Virus record (IMG/VR): IMGVR_UViG_3300050159_000048 | Source of the DNA: a virus | Taxonomy: Duplodnaviria; Caudoviricetes | Strand: one strand, 5' to 3' | DNA: 64,000 bases | Shown: piece after piece, positions 18,978 to 27,763 of the stretch | How the letters are laid out: each line of letters starts with the position of its first letter | Position numbering within the stretch: the first letter of the stretch is position 1 | Made by a program: the position numbers and the translations under genes | The notes under the pieces: generated by a model | Told to the model about the DNA's origin: nothing | Database searches by the model: none | Seen by the model: the letters and a program-made list of their open reading frames with translations, nothing else

Positions 18978-20050
18978 ATTCCTACCCAGTGCAGTAGATT
19001 AGGTTTTTGCTTTAACTTCTGCGCGTGTTGGATTGCTACCATCATCATCTGGTAGAACTGAACACATTTGTCCGACTTCGGCTCTGTATCAAACATTCCG
19101 TGGAGATACTTCAACCCACATTCAGCCCTCGACGGGCATGTCCGACACACCGGCTTCAACATCGCATCTTCTTCACTCTCAGTTTTGGAGCGAGAGATAC
19201 TCACGGGAGATCGCCAATGTCCAACGGTAGTTTCCAGACGCTTATACTCCAAGAAGTCAAACTCCGGATACAGATATCCATCTGGCGACAGCACGAGTTG
19301 TTTGTGGTCGTCAAAGTAGTGCTTATCAAACGATTGTCCATGACCATCCACAACAACATCCAACCCAACCACATATAGCATCTGGATGAATTTGATAAAT
19401 GCATCAAAGAACTGGGGTAAATCAATCCGATCGATCAGAACATCAAATTTGTCCTTGCCACGAATGTGTCGCAGAGGGATTAGATTCAATCGTTTAACGC
19501 CTCCCTTAAAGCAAACGTCAGTGATTGCCTTAAGGGCTTGTAGGCTGAATACTTTTGGATTATCCAACGGCATTACGTATTGGAACTGAATCCCCTGCAC
19601 GCCATTCGTGTGCATCATCTGTAGCGTCTCAAAAATCTCAAATTTGGATCGATTCAACTCTTGGAACAAAAAGTCGTAACTAATACTGACTTCCAGCCGA
19701 GGCCCCCATTTTTCAAAGAACCATGCATGCTGAAGCATCTGACTACCATTCGTCTGAATGTAGTACGAGAATGTCTTAGCGGGGATCAGCAGCTCCAACT
19801 CGTCCATCACTCGGTCCATGATTTTGACGTATGAGAACGGCTCCCCTCCATGAAACGTGATTAGTGCAGGCGGATTCTCAACGAACCCAGCCTCCTTGAA
19901 GAAGTTCACAATGTCGGGGATGTCGACGGAGGTCATATGCTGACCTCCGATCGAGTCCTTGATGTAGTCTCGATCACAATATGTGCAGTTGAAGTTGCAC
20001 ACATTACCGAGATAAATCGTTACGCTGTTACATCCGGCTAGGGCGCTCAT
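18974..20050 (-). CDS. radical SAM protein with truncated SPASM-like C-terminus
   Basis: CNFNCTYC, FHGGEP, QTNG, C-terminal CRTCPSRAEC..C; start MSAL gives an ATGA overlap. Confidence 0.88.
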   Translation of the reverse strand: MSALAGCNSVTIYLGNVCNFNCTYCDRDYIKDSIGGQHMTSVDIPDIVNFFKEAGFVENPPALITFHGGEPFSYVKIMDRVMDELELLIPAKTFSYYIQTNGSQMLQHAWFFEKWGPRLEVSISYDFLFQELNRSKFEIFETLQMMHTNGVQGIQFQYVMPLDNPKVFSLQALKAITDVCFKGGVKRLNLIPLRHIRGKDKFDVLIDRIDLPQFFDAFIKFIQMLYVVGLDVVVDGHGQSFDKHYFDDHKQLVLSPDGYLYPEFDFLEYKRLETTVGHWRSPVSISRSKTESEEDAMLKPVCRTCPSRAECGLKYLHGMFDTEPKSDKCVQFYQMMMVAIQHAQKLKQKPNLLHWVGI

Positions 20051-20784
20051 ACGATTAGTTGACTCACTTCGTTCCAAAACTGGATGCGGGCGGCGATAGC
20101 TTCGCGTGCAGCAGTTTCTGCTTCCGCCACCTTCACAGGATCATCTCCGCACAACATCTCTACCACGTGTTTCATTGCTGGGCCATGTGAGTCTGTGTCC
20201 ACTTCAACGTGACGTTCGAGGTAGTATTTGAATTTGGGGGCGGACACGCCGTTGATCTCTAGCTGATCGATGAGTTTTGTAAACATGCTAGGAATGACAA
20301 GCTCGCGCCCGTACGCCAAAGCTGCCGCTACTACGTGTGGTTTGGCTGAGGTAGCATGCGCAATCGTTGTGCGGCAAAATGTCCGCGACGGTGTGGGGAT
20401 ATTGCTGAGGGCCATCAACATTGGTGTACCAGCCTTTAGTTGCTGAATGAAGTTCAACACGTTTGTGGTATCAGCACCAATCTCTCGCATCGCATCAATG
20501 TATAGTTCAAAATGACTCAAAATACCAAATGGCGTTTGATCGGTTTCTTCCCCTGTAACAATTTCGTTAATTAGTCGCCCTATTTCAGGTTGCTGAGAGG
20601 GGAGCCACGGTAAACCCGAAGGGGCGACCGTGTGCTGCAAGGACTTAGTCAACAGCATGAAGTCCCACACAGCAAACACGTGGTGTTCCATCAACACCTT
20701 AACACCGTTGATTGACACGTCAACGGAGAAGATTGGATGGTTGTTCAGTTCGTATGTTAGCTGAGAAACGGAAGGTGTTGTCAT
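20047..20784 (-). CDS. DUF3050-family heme-oxygenase-like (putative diiron) protein
   Basis: MEHHVFAVWDFM, RLINEIVTGEETD, SHFELY, GRE.VIP, YYLERHVEVDTDSHGP. Confidence 0.8.
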   Translation of the reverse strand: MTTPSVSQLTYELNNHPIFSVDVSINGVKVLMEHHVFAVWDFMLLTKSLQHTVAPSGLPWLPSQQPEIGRLINEIVTGEETDQTPFGILSHFELYIDAMREIGADTTNVLNFIQQLKAGTPMLMALSNIPTPSRTFCRTTIAHATSAKPHVVAAALAYGRELVIPSMFTKLIDQLEINGVSAPKFKYYLERHVEVDTDSHGPAMKHVVEMLCGDDPVKVAEAETAAREAIAARIQFWNEVSQLIV

Positions 20785-22496
20785 AGTTTCACGATTTTGT
20801 GTGGTTTGTTGCCGTCTGCTTTGTTCAAAACTAGCATGTGGATCAGCGTAAGATAAAACACTCGTTTGTTGATGTCGTCAATCGTTTGATTGCTGCTTGC
20901 TTGACTTGGGTGGCCAGCGCGAGCCTGCCAGCGCTCGTAGAACGTCTTGACGTCCAAGGGATCGTCGGAGCCAACGTACGGCACAAAACTTTCTGCTTCA
21001 GGCAAACTTGTCTCATTCGACTCAACCATCGTCCAAAACACACCAAGTGTTTCCTGATAGTCGGGAAGATCATTCACCATAGCACTGACACGCTCAGAAG
21101 TGATGTGCTGGCCGGTGATGTGCTTATACATCAAGTGGACAATTGCCTTTGCGAACGCCTTTTGCTCTCCCATTTCGTTAACAGCTGTCCTCAGCTCGTT
21201 GTACTTCTGGATGAACACCTTATGGACAATATCGTCCTGCAAAGCAAGGAACAGACGGACGATGTTCTGACACATATCATCAGGACGAAACAGTTGTCCA
21301 GTGCCTGTATCGGTGTTACCAGCTGGGCATTGGTAGCAGAATCCGCGCAAGTCGCAGGTCTTGCATTGTTCTTCCTTGATAAACATCTCTTCGTATGCGG
21401 TCTGGAAGTTGTGATAGCGATCAACGTACACCAAATTATGCAGAATGTTGCCAAGCATTGTGTGCGGAACGGCTGTTTTCTGGTTGGTAAAGAAGTAGCA
21501 GCCAGAATAGTCGCCAGTTGCATCAACTGCGATCATATCAGAGCCAACCATGCAGTTATTGCCTTCTTTCTGGCCAACACCTTCACTGAATTGGATTTCA
21601 AATCCGGGTAGTGTCTGGAGCAGATGGACAATTGTCTTGTGCAAATTATCCCATTCGGAGGTACTCCACTGGATAAATCCGCCCTTAGAGCTCATCGTCA
21701 ACGGGTGAATAACCATAGTACGCAGGCCTTTCGCGTACAACGTCGTTGCCAGTTCTTCCAAGTACCGGGCATTTTCCACCGCAATAGTGCAGCGAACGCT
21801 GACCATATGATTGTTTTTGTGGAACTCTGGGATCAAGCCAACCATTTCAACAATGCGGTTGATTTTCTCCTGTCCAATTTCGCGGTGATCAACGTCTGCG
21901 CGCAGAGTATCCAGACTGATCGACATACACGTAAACTTATGGGAGAAGTACTCTGCAATGAATTCTGGAGTTAGCAGCAGACCATTGGTAATCATACCAA
22001 TATTCTGCCTATTCGTGTTTTGACGCAGGTCTTCTGCATACTGGCGGAGAAATTGCAGAATTAACTTCTTGTGGATCAGTGGTTCGCCGCCAAAAAATTG
22101 AAACAGTTTCCCGTCATGCTTATTCGCATTTAGTTGGAAGTCATACACTTGTTTCAGCGTCTCGGGCGTGAACCGGCCGTAGTCGTGGCTATGTTGTTCA
22201 TAGCAGTATGAACACGACAGGTTACAAGCGTTTGTAAGGATCAGGTTGACGTGCCGCAGGTCCTTAAATAGATGCGGCACGTGTTCGAGCTTTGCGACTC
22301 GCTCGGCTGGGCCCGGAGCAACCAAGTACTCTGTTAGTTCCTTCTCATGGCCGTCTGGCGTGACAATCGTCTTAATGTTGGTAGCGATTGTACCGTCGGT
22401 ATTGAGGTAGACAGACGGCTTATGAGCATCAAAGCGCTTGTATTGAGCGTCTGTGTATGTCTTTTTGGGATAGAACTTGATTACGCCTGTTTTCAT
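20781..22496 (-). CDS. radical SAM / SPASM protein with N- and C-terminal extensions
   Basis: CNLSCSYC, FFGGEPL, ITNG, SPASM NCMVG..GCYF..CKTCDLRGFCYQCPAG..C. Confidence 0.92.
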   Translation of the reverse strand: MKTGVIKFYPKKTYTDAQYKRFDAHKPSVYLNTDGTIATNIKTIVTPDGHEKELTEYLVAPGPAERVAKLEHVPHLFKDLRHVNLILTNACNLSCSYCYEQHSHDYGRFTPETLKQVYDFQLNANKHDGKLFQFFGGEPLIHKKLILQFLRQYAEDLRQNTNRQNIGMITNGLLLTPEFIAEYFSHKFTCMSISLDTLRADVDHREIGQEKINRIVEMVGLIPEFHKNNHMVSVRCTIAVENARYLEELATTLYAKGLRTMVIHPLTMSSKGGFIQWSTSEWDNLHKTIVHLLQTLPGFEIQFSEGVGQKEGNNCMVGSDMIAVDATGDYSGCYFFTNQKTAVPHTMLGNILHNLVYVDRYHNFQTAYEEMFIKEEQCKTCDLRGFCYQCPAGNTDTGTGQLFRPDDMCQNIVRLFLALQDDIVHKVFIQKYNELRTAVNEMGEQKAFAKAIVHLMYKHITGQHITSERVSAMVNDLPDYQETLGVFWTMVESNETSLPEAESFVPYVGSDDPLDVKTFYERWQARAGHPSQASSNQTIDDINKRVFYLTLIHMLVLNKADGNKPHKIVKL

Positions 22497-23416
22497 AATG
22501 GTACTATGATGTATGTGAATGATGGGTGTTCGTTATAAACTGGTGATCCGATGAAGCCACCAACGTCGTGTGTAATCGTCAATACGCCTATTGTGCCCTT
22601 GCATGGGGTTTGAACTACAAACTTCCCACCCTGTTGCACTACATCAACATTGGAAACCACTTCCCAAGTATCGGTCTGGATATGTGGGTCCAAGTCCGAA
22701 GCTTTAATTGGAGAATATCGCGGATTTAGTAGGTTGATCTCGAAGCTTGACCCAGATACCGCTATGATTCCAGACTGCACTGCCGTCACATTAGCTGAAA
22801 ACCAGGGATCATACAACGCGTGCTTAAAGGTCTCATTGCCTGCGACACGCACCCAAGTGCATTGGCGTTCAATATCAACAAAATCAAAGCCGTCTGTAAC
22901 TCGCACCAAGTCACTGTTGAGGAACATAACGTAGACGGGTAAATGCCCCACTCGAACAAAGGTGGCCAGCGGAACGAGCCTCACACGAGGACCATTATCA
23001 GTTGAGTGAACCGCACCGTTGCGCACGTTCACGATTTGACCATCTTGTTGGCGAGCATATAGGCCCATCGACGGCAGGATCGCAGATTCGTGGATTTGCG
23101 GCAGATTCGTGACTGTTCCTACAAACACGCTCTCATACACACCCGAATCTAAAGCATCCATTGCGGCATGTGCGTAGATTGGAGCCATCATGGATGGCAA
23201 CATCTCTTGGGAGTCTGGATTGATCAAAAAGTGAGCAAAGCTAAAAGCATCTGTGGCATTCATTCGTTGGTCACGAATCATGCGTAAGCCTGGCTTGAAG
23301 TGTGAGAAAAACTCCAATACAAGACTATCCGGCAACGTATCCACGTTCGATAGTTCTTGCATGGTAGCAAACCCTGAGGGACGTTGTCCCTCATCCATCA
23401 CTAACATATAACGCAT
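22493..23416 (-). CDS. uncharacterised protein in the radical SAM operon
   Basis: 307-aa ORF with ATGA overlap to the next rSAM gene; no motif recognised. Confidence 0.65.
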   Translation of the reverse strand: MRYMLVMDEGQRPSGFATMQELSNVDTLPDSLVLEFFSHFKPGLRMIRDQRMNATDAFSFAHFLINPDSQEMLPSMMAPIYAHAAMDALDSGVYESVFVGTVTNLPQIHESAILPSMGLYARQQDGQIVNVRNGAVHSTDNGPRVRLVPLATFVRVGHLPVYVMFLNSDLVRVTDGFDFVDIERQCTWVRVAGNETFKHALYDPWFSANVTAVQSGIIAVSGSSFEINLLNPRYSPIKASDLDPHIQTDTWEVVSNVDVVQQGGKFVVQTPCKGTIGVLTITHDVGGFIGSPVYNEHPSFTYIIVPL

Positions 23417-23422
23417 ATGAAA

Positions 23423-23629
23423 TTACAGAATGCCGCGAGAGCAGTTGCAATTACAATTGCAGTTGCAAGCTGTACTGTAGTCGTCGTAGAAGATGTGGGT
23501 GTGGGATACGAGTTCGTTCAGGATCGTCAGCATGTCCTGGAACACTTGTGCTTGCACAGGATTGTCGGCTGATTGTGCAGCTGGCAGCGTTTGTACAGCG
23601 GTCTTGGTGGAAAGGTTGTCGGTTGTCAT
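23423..23629 (-). CDS. Cys-rich peptide ending in CNCNCNCNC; putative substrate of the rSAM cluster
   Basis: GGAG SD, 68 aa, ends SHTHIFYDDYSTACNCNCNCNCSRGIL; first gene of the coupled cluster. Confidence 0.75.
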   Translation of the reverse strand: MTTDNLSTKTAVQTLPAAQSADNPVQAQVFQDMLTILNELVSHTHIFYDDYSTACNCNCNCNCSRGIL

Positions 23630-23647
23630 ATGTTGGCTCCAATCTTG

Positions 23648-23676
23648 AGTTTACGATGGGTTAAGCATAAAGTCAA
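23648..23676 (-). promoter_or_regulatory. sigma70-like promoter of peptide/rSAM cluster
   Basis: TTGACT-17 nt-TAAACT, 19 nt before ATG 23629. Confidence 0.55.
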
Positions 23677-23679
23677 GCG

Positions 23680-24564
23680 TTACGGTGCTTCGTAGTGCGA
23701 CAACCAGAGAGGTAACACATACGTTGCAGTTGCAACTACGGCTCCTGTCCCAGCGCTTCGAATTTGCACAGCAATCGTTACACTAGAAAAGATGTCAGAT
23801 AGGCCGCCTGGGGGCCATGTGGCTGCTATTCCCACCACTCGAGTCGTCCCCAGGTTGTACCACGTAGACGGTGACATGTTGCCAGCAATCCAGTTAAAGG
23901 TCCCAGATTGCGCAGAAACTGTATACATTACATCATATGCACCCGAGGTGGCTGAATCAACTGGATTCATGTTAATCCATTGTCCACTACTAACAGCTTC
24001 TGATATTCCCGTAGTAGATCCGTAGTATCCGTATGTGTAGTACCACACTAAATTACCATCACTCTGGAATTGTAGATACGTATAACCATCAGCATCGTTG
24101 GCTGTACCGTAGTTAAACGTACGGCTGGATAATGCCACAGAGATGTCGGTAGCGCCTTTGGTGTCATCAACGGTGTGGTTGTGCGACAGCATACCGTTCA
24201 CAAAACCACGAATGTAGTTGATGTCACCGTGATCGATCGGTTCGTCCGCATTAAATGCAATATTGGTAGCTGCATTCCACGCTGGGGACGGGCCGCTGGA
24301 AGTCTTCGTCACATCTTGACCTGTAGTACCGTAAGTAGTTACGTTACCAAATGTGTCAATACCCTGCCTATCCGCTACCGTGTGGTTGTGGCTAGCCATT
24401 GGGTTAATGATGTTTGGAATGAACGAATGCATATCACTAGCCAAAATTGGCTTGTTTGTTTGCATCGATGCCTTGAGGTTGGTAATAGTAGTTTGGATCC
24501 CGGATATTGTGTATCCGGGAGACAGGTTACTTACACCAGATGATGTTACGTTACGCTGTGCCAT
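23680..24564 (-). CDS. tail fibre-associated protein with two SHNH modules
   Basis: two P[IV]..N...SHNHTV.D repeats, then an aromatic beta-rich C-terminal domain; follows a fibre gene. Confidence 0.6.
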   Translation of the reverse strand: MAQRNVTSSGVSNLSPGYTISGIQTTITNLKASMQTNKPILASDMHSFIPNIINPMASHNHTVADRQGIDTFGNVTTYGTTGQDVTKTSSGPSPAWNAATNIAFNADEPIDHGDINYIRGFVNGMLSHNHTVDDTKGATDISVALSSRTFNYGTANDADGYTYLQFQSDGNLVWYYTYGYYGSTTGISEAVSSGQWINMNPVDSATSGAYDVMYTVSAQSGTFNWIAGNMSPSTWYNLGTTRVVGIAATWPPGGLSDIFSSVTIAVQIRSAGTGAVVATATYVLPLWLSHYEAP

Positions 24565-24575
24565 AGGTTAACGCC

Positions 24576-26027
24576 TTATGAATACACAGCTGGGAACACT
24601 TGCCTCCAGCCGCCACCAGGTGGGTACGCGTTTGCAGGGCCACCAGTACCGGACGTAGCTGCCATGTAGATGCGGCCGTAAGCAATAGCAATGTCGCCAG
24701 CTTTGTATGTACCAGAACCGGAATAGATTACTGCAGTACCAGTACTACCAGCCACAGCTGCTGCAATTGCGCTGTTCATCTGACCGAGGTTAACAGCGTC
24801 ATTTGCAGTCGAGCCCGCCGTCACGTTACGAATTTGTGCACCAACCTGAAGCTGACCAGCAATTGTCAGATTACCGTTGGTGTCAATATACAGTGGACGG
24901 TTCGGTGTGTTAGACGTACGACCAGGGCCGCCTGAACCAATAAACATGCGGTTGCTGGAGTCGATACCCATCACCCAACCAATTTGGCCAGCGCGTGTCA
25001 TACCGTAGTAGCCGTAGTTATTGGTGTCAGCAGGCATGGTGACAGAATCAAAACCGTACGGATCATCAGCCACACCAGACGGATATGCGGAGATACCGCC
25101 GCGGGCGTGGAGTACGGAATTCGACAGAATTGTACCGGTTGTAGTGATCGTGCTCTGCACTGTCAGAGCACCTGTTAGCGTACCACCTGACAAAGGTAGG
25201 TAAGATCCGCTACCAGCACCAGATACTGCCGTGTCCACATATGTTTTGGTAGCCGCATCAGCACCTGCGACAGGAGCGCCGAGGTTTGAGATGCGGTTGG
25301 TATTCATGTCGATGATACCAGATGCCTGCGACGAACTAGCGCCTGTTGGGCCGAGAATCTCTTGCCATGCAGAACCAGTGTACACAGACAAGTTGCCTGT
25401 GGATTCGTTGTACCACAGCATACCCACCTGAGGTGCGCCCGGAGCCGTGCCAGTGGACACGAAAGTTGTCACTGGAGATGACCAACCCTCTGGCGACGCT
25501 TGATCAAAAACATGCACAACCATTCGGGGGATTACTGAAGCAGTTGGAGCAGCCGTTCCTGTGAAGTACGAACGCTTAATGAACGCTTCCGGCTCATACT
25601 TACCGAGACTGTAGTAACCCCACAGAGAAGTGCCGTCATACCAGTATTGACCAGTGACTGGAGAGGTCGGTTGTGTTGTAGCTACAACACCGCTACCGTT
25701 CAACAGCTTCCATTTGTTTGCAGCTGTTTCGGTAAGGTCATAGTAGTACCAGCCCTGCGAAGTGCCGGCGGTAGTGTTGTGGAAGTATAGCTTGCGTTCA
25801 CACCACATCTGTCCGCTGATTGCCACTGTTGGTGGGGAGGCAGATGCGAAGTTTTCTGTCAACCGGACGAAGTTCTCATTGACAGCTTCACCCCACTCAA
25901 CCGCACCGCGACCGAACAAACGTAGTGATGTTCCCTGAATGGAACTGTTAGGGCCGCTTTGACTTCCTGGTGGAATATCAAATGAGGTTGCTAGCGGATC
26001 TGAGTAATTGATTGTATAGACAGCCAT
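24576..26027 (-). CDS. tail fibre-like protein
   Basis: WGEAVNENFVRLTENFA module, P..GQYWYD, DAATKTYVD, YLPLSGGTLTG; exact TATAAATA at 26061-26068. Confidence 0.75.
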   Translation of the reverse strand: MAVYTINYSDPLATSFDIPPGSQSGPNSSIQGTSLRLFGRGAVEWGEAVNENFVRLTENFASASPPTVAISGQMWCERKLYFHNTTAGTSQGWYYYDLTETAANKWKLLNGSGVVATTQPTSPVTGQYWYDGTSLWGYYSLGKYEPEAFIKRSYFTGTAAPTASVIPRMVVHVFDQASPEGWSSPVTTFVSTGTAPGAPQVGMLWYNESTGNLSVYTGSAWQEILGPTGASSSQASGIIDMNTNRISNLGAPVAGADAATKTYVDTAVSGAGSGSYLPLSGGTLTGALTVQSTITTTGTILSNSVLHARGGISAYPSGVADDPYGFDSVTMPADTNNYGYYGMTRAGQIGWVMGIDSSNRMFIGSGGPGRTSNTPNRPLYIDTNGNLTIAGQLQVGAQIRNVTAGSTANDAVNLGQMNSAIAAAVAGSTGTAVIYSGSGTYKAGDIAIAYGRIYMAATSGTGGPANAYPPGGGWRQVFPAVYS

Positions 26028-26088
26028 GTTGGTTGCATCCTATAAAGGTACGAGATTACGTATTTATAGGTGCAACCACTCGGTCTTG

Positions 26089-26811
26089 TTAGATTCCCAT
26101 CTCTGCGACCAGGGTCTTGATGATCGCAACTGCATCTGCGTGATCATCACGCTTATCCGCCCAGTAACTAGGACGAATTAGGTTTTCCATAATGATCTTT
26201 TGCTCAGGAGTTGTGCGTATGGTGAACAGTACACGAAACGTCCTGCTAAACATTAGCAGCCACGGTGACAGCTTACGAACACGAATCAAATGGATTGCAT
26301 CCTGTACTGGCATCCGATCAAACACTTCATCGATTGGAATCTCATGCTTCTCCGAGTAAGACATCAGCGTAGTAATGGACAACTTTGCCTGGTCCAGCGG
26401 AGACATCTTACGGTCAAGCCATTCGATGTAGATCGAATACACCTCGTCGTTCCGCCACATTGTCGGCGAAAATCCCTTCATCACCATTACCTTGATGAAT
26501 CGCTCAGGGACAGGTAGATCAACCGATTTGGAAAACTTGACAAACTCAATAAACGTCCGGAAGTACTTCGATGTTAGGAACGTCGCTGCTGGAGGAGGCA
26601 TGCGGTTCTGGGCCCGCATCCACAACTGGTAATAATGCCATGCAGTTTGACCCGACGGAGATTTCAACTCCGCCTCTCGCTTCATTTGCTTGCACTCGTG
26701 TTCCAGAAACCGTTTCTCAATCACGAACGTCTTCTTGCAATGTTTGCATGTGAAGCGTGCTTGAATTGATGTGGACGGACGGGAGGTCATTGTTGTAGGT
26801 GTGATTACCAC
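26089..26811 (-). CDS. zinc-finger-containing hypothetical protein
   Basis: CKHCKKTF...FLEHEC. Confidence 0.6.
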   Translation of the reverse strand: MVITPTTMTSRPSTSIQARFTCKHCKKTFVIEKRFLEHECKQMKREAELKSPSGQTAWHYYQLWMRAQNRMPPPAATFLTSKYFRTFIEFVKFSKSVDLPVPERFIKVMVMKGFSPTMWRNDEVYSIYIEWLDRKMSPLDQAKLSITTLMSYSEKHEIPIDEVFDRMPVQDAIHLIRVRKLSPWLLMFSRTFRVLFTIRTTPEQKIIMENLIRPSYWADKRDDHADAVAIIKTLVAEMGI

Positions 26812-26815
26812 GGGT

Positions 26816-27763
26816 TTAATCTGCTTTGTTTAGCCAAGAACTGTCGTGTGATACCTTAGTATCGTAGACGGAAAATTCAGTGATGACTTTACCGATATCC
26901 CACCTAGCCGTCAAGATCGTGACAATAGTGTCTAACCGAGCTTCAAATTGCTCCCGAGACCCGGTGTATTCGCGGTAGGTCAGCATTTGAGTAATGAAAC
27001 CACGCTCATCACGCTTGAATGCATTGCGTGACATATGCAAGGTTCTTTGTAGCCCCGTCAACTCCATCCAGTCACGGAGTAGCTGCAACTTACTCTCTTC
27101 CAACTCTACGGGAATGTGTGATTCAAAATAACAGTTGAGTGGCATTGGTTGATCAGCGATTGGTGCTGCCGGATGCCACGGCACAGTTTCAATCTTAACG
27201 CGTTCCACCTTGAACCCTTCAGTAACCAAACCATTCTCAATGTGCTTTGCGGCATAGTAGGCGGATGAATTTGTCCCGAAATGCTTGGATGAAGTCATCA
27301 CATCAGACAGTAGCTTTTGTCCGCTACTCAAGTTGAGAACAATAGGCTTCACCTTCAACTCGGCACAAATCTCCCGAAAATGAGTCAACCAACTCTGTTG
27401 TAGACCCGGAGGTGCCTTAACCGTCACGTGGATTTCATACGGCAACGGGTATTTGATGTCTTGCTCTTTGCGTTGCAGCATCGCCCACTTTTCTGCCTTG
27501 AGCGCGATCATGTCCTCAATTTCTTCATCTGAGAAATCAAGACTGTATGCAACAGATAACGCACACAAAGTTGTATCAACAGCTTCCTCAAGGATTCGCT
27601 CTCGCTCTACGAACCTATGATTCGTGGCAAATGCACCGTCAAATGGCAGGACTACCTTTGCCAATTCGCCAACCTCTTCAGCTGTCTTCAGAGCCTTCTG
27701 TGAAAGCGTCTTACTGTCTTGCTTGGATAGTTGGCGAATTGTGTCGATCAAGTGTTGGTTCAT
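26816..27763 (-). CDS. MazG-like NTP pyrophosphohydrolase fused to a second domain
   Basis: KTAEEVGELAK and EEAVD in the first 100 aa; about 210-aa C-terminal domain with YEIHVTV and FESHIP. Confidence 0.7.
   Translation of the reverse strand: MNQHLIDTIRQLSKQDSKTLSQKALKTAEEVGELAKVVLPFDGAFATNHRFVERERILEEAVDTTLCALSVAYSLDFSDEEIEDMIALKAEKWAMLQRKEQDIKYPLPYEIHVTVKAPPGLQQSWLTHFREICAELKVKPIVLNLSSGQKLLSDVMTSSKHFGTNSSAYYAAKHIENGLVTEGFKVERVKIETVPWHPAAPIADQPMPLNCYFESHIPVELEESKLQLLRDWMELTGLQRTLHMSRNAFKRDERGFITQMLTYREYTGSREQFEARLDTIVTILTARWDIGKVITEFSVYDTKVSHDSSWLNKAD

Noticed and set aside
20838-21611. 257-aa plus-strand ORF in the rSAM cluster
   Set aside because: Antisense to a clear rSAM-SPASM gene, with no SD or motif.
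16555-22496. rSAM genes as QueE or NrdG
   Set aside because: They are much longer than those enzymes, three carry auxiliary Cys clusters, and they are coupled to a peptide and DUF3050.
23445-23475. Microsatellite-like GCAGTT/GCAATT run as slippage noise
   Set aside because: Codons vary (TGC/TGT, AAC/AAT) while Cys-Asn is kept, and the ORF has an SD and promoter, so it is treated as coding.
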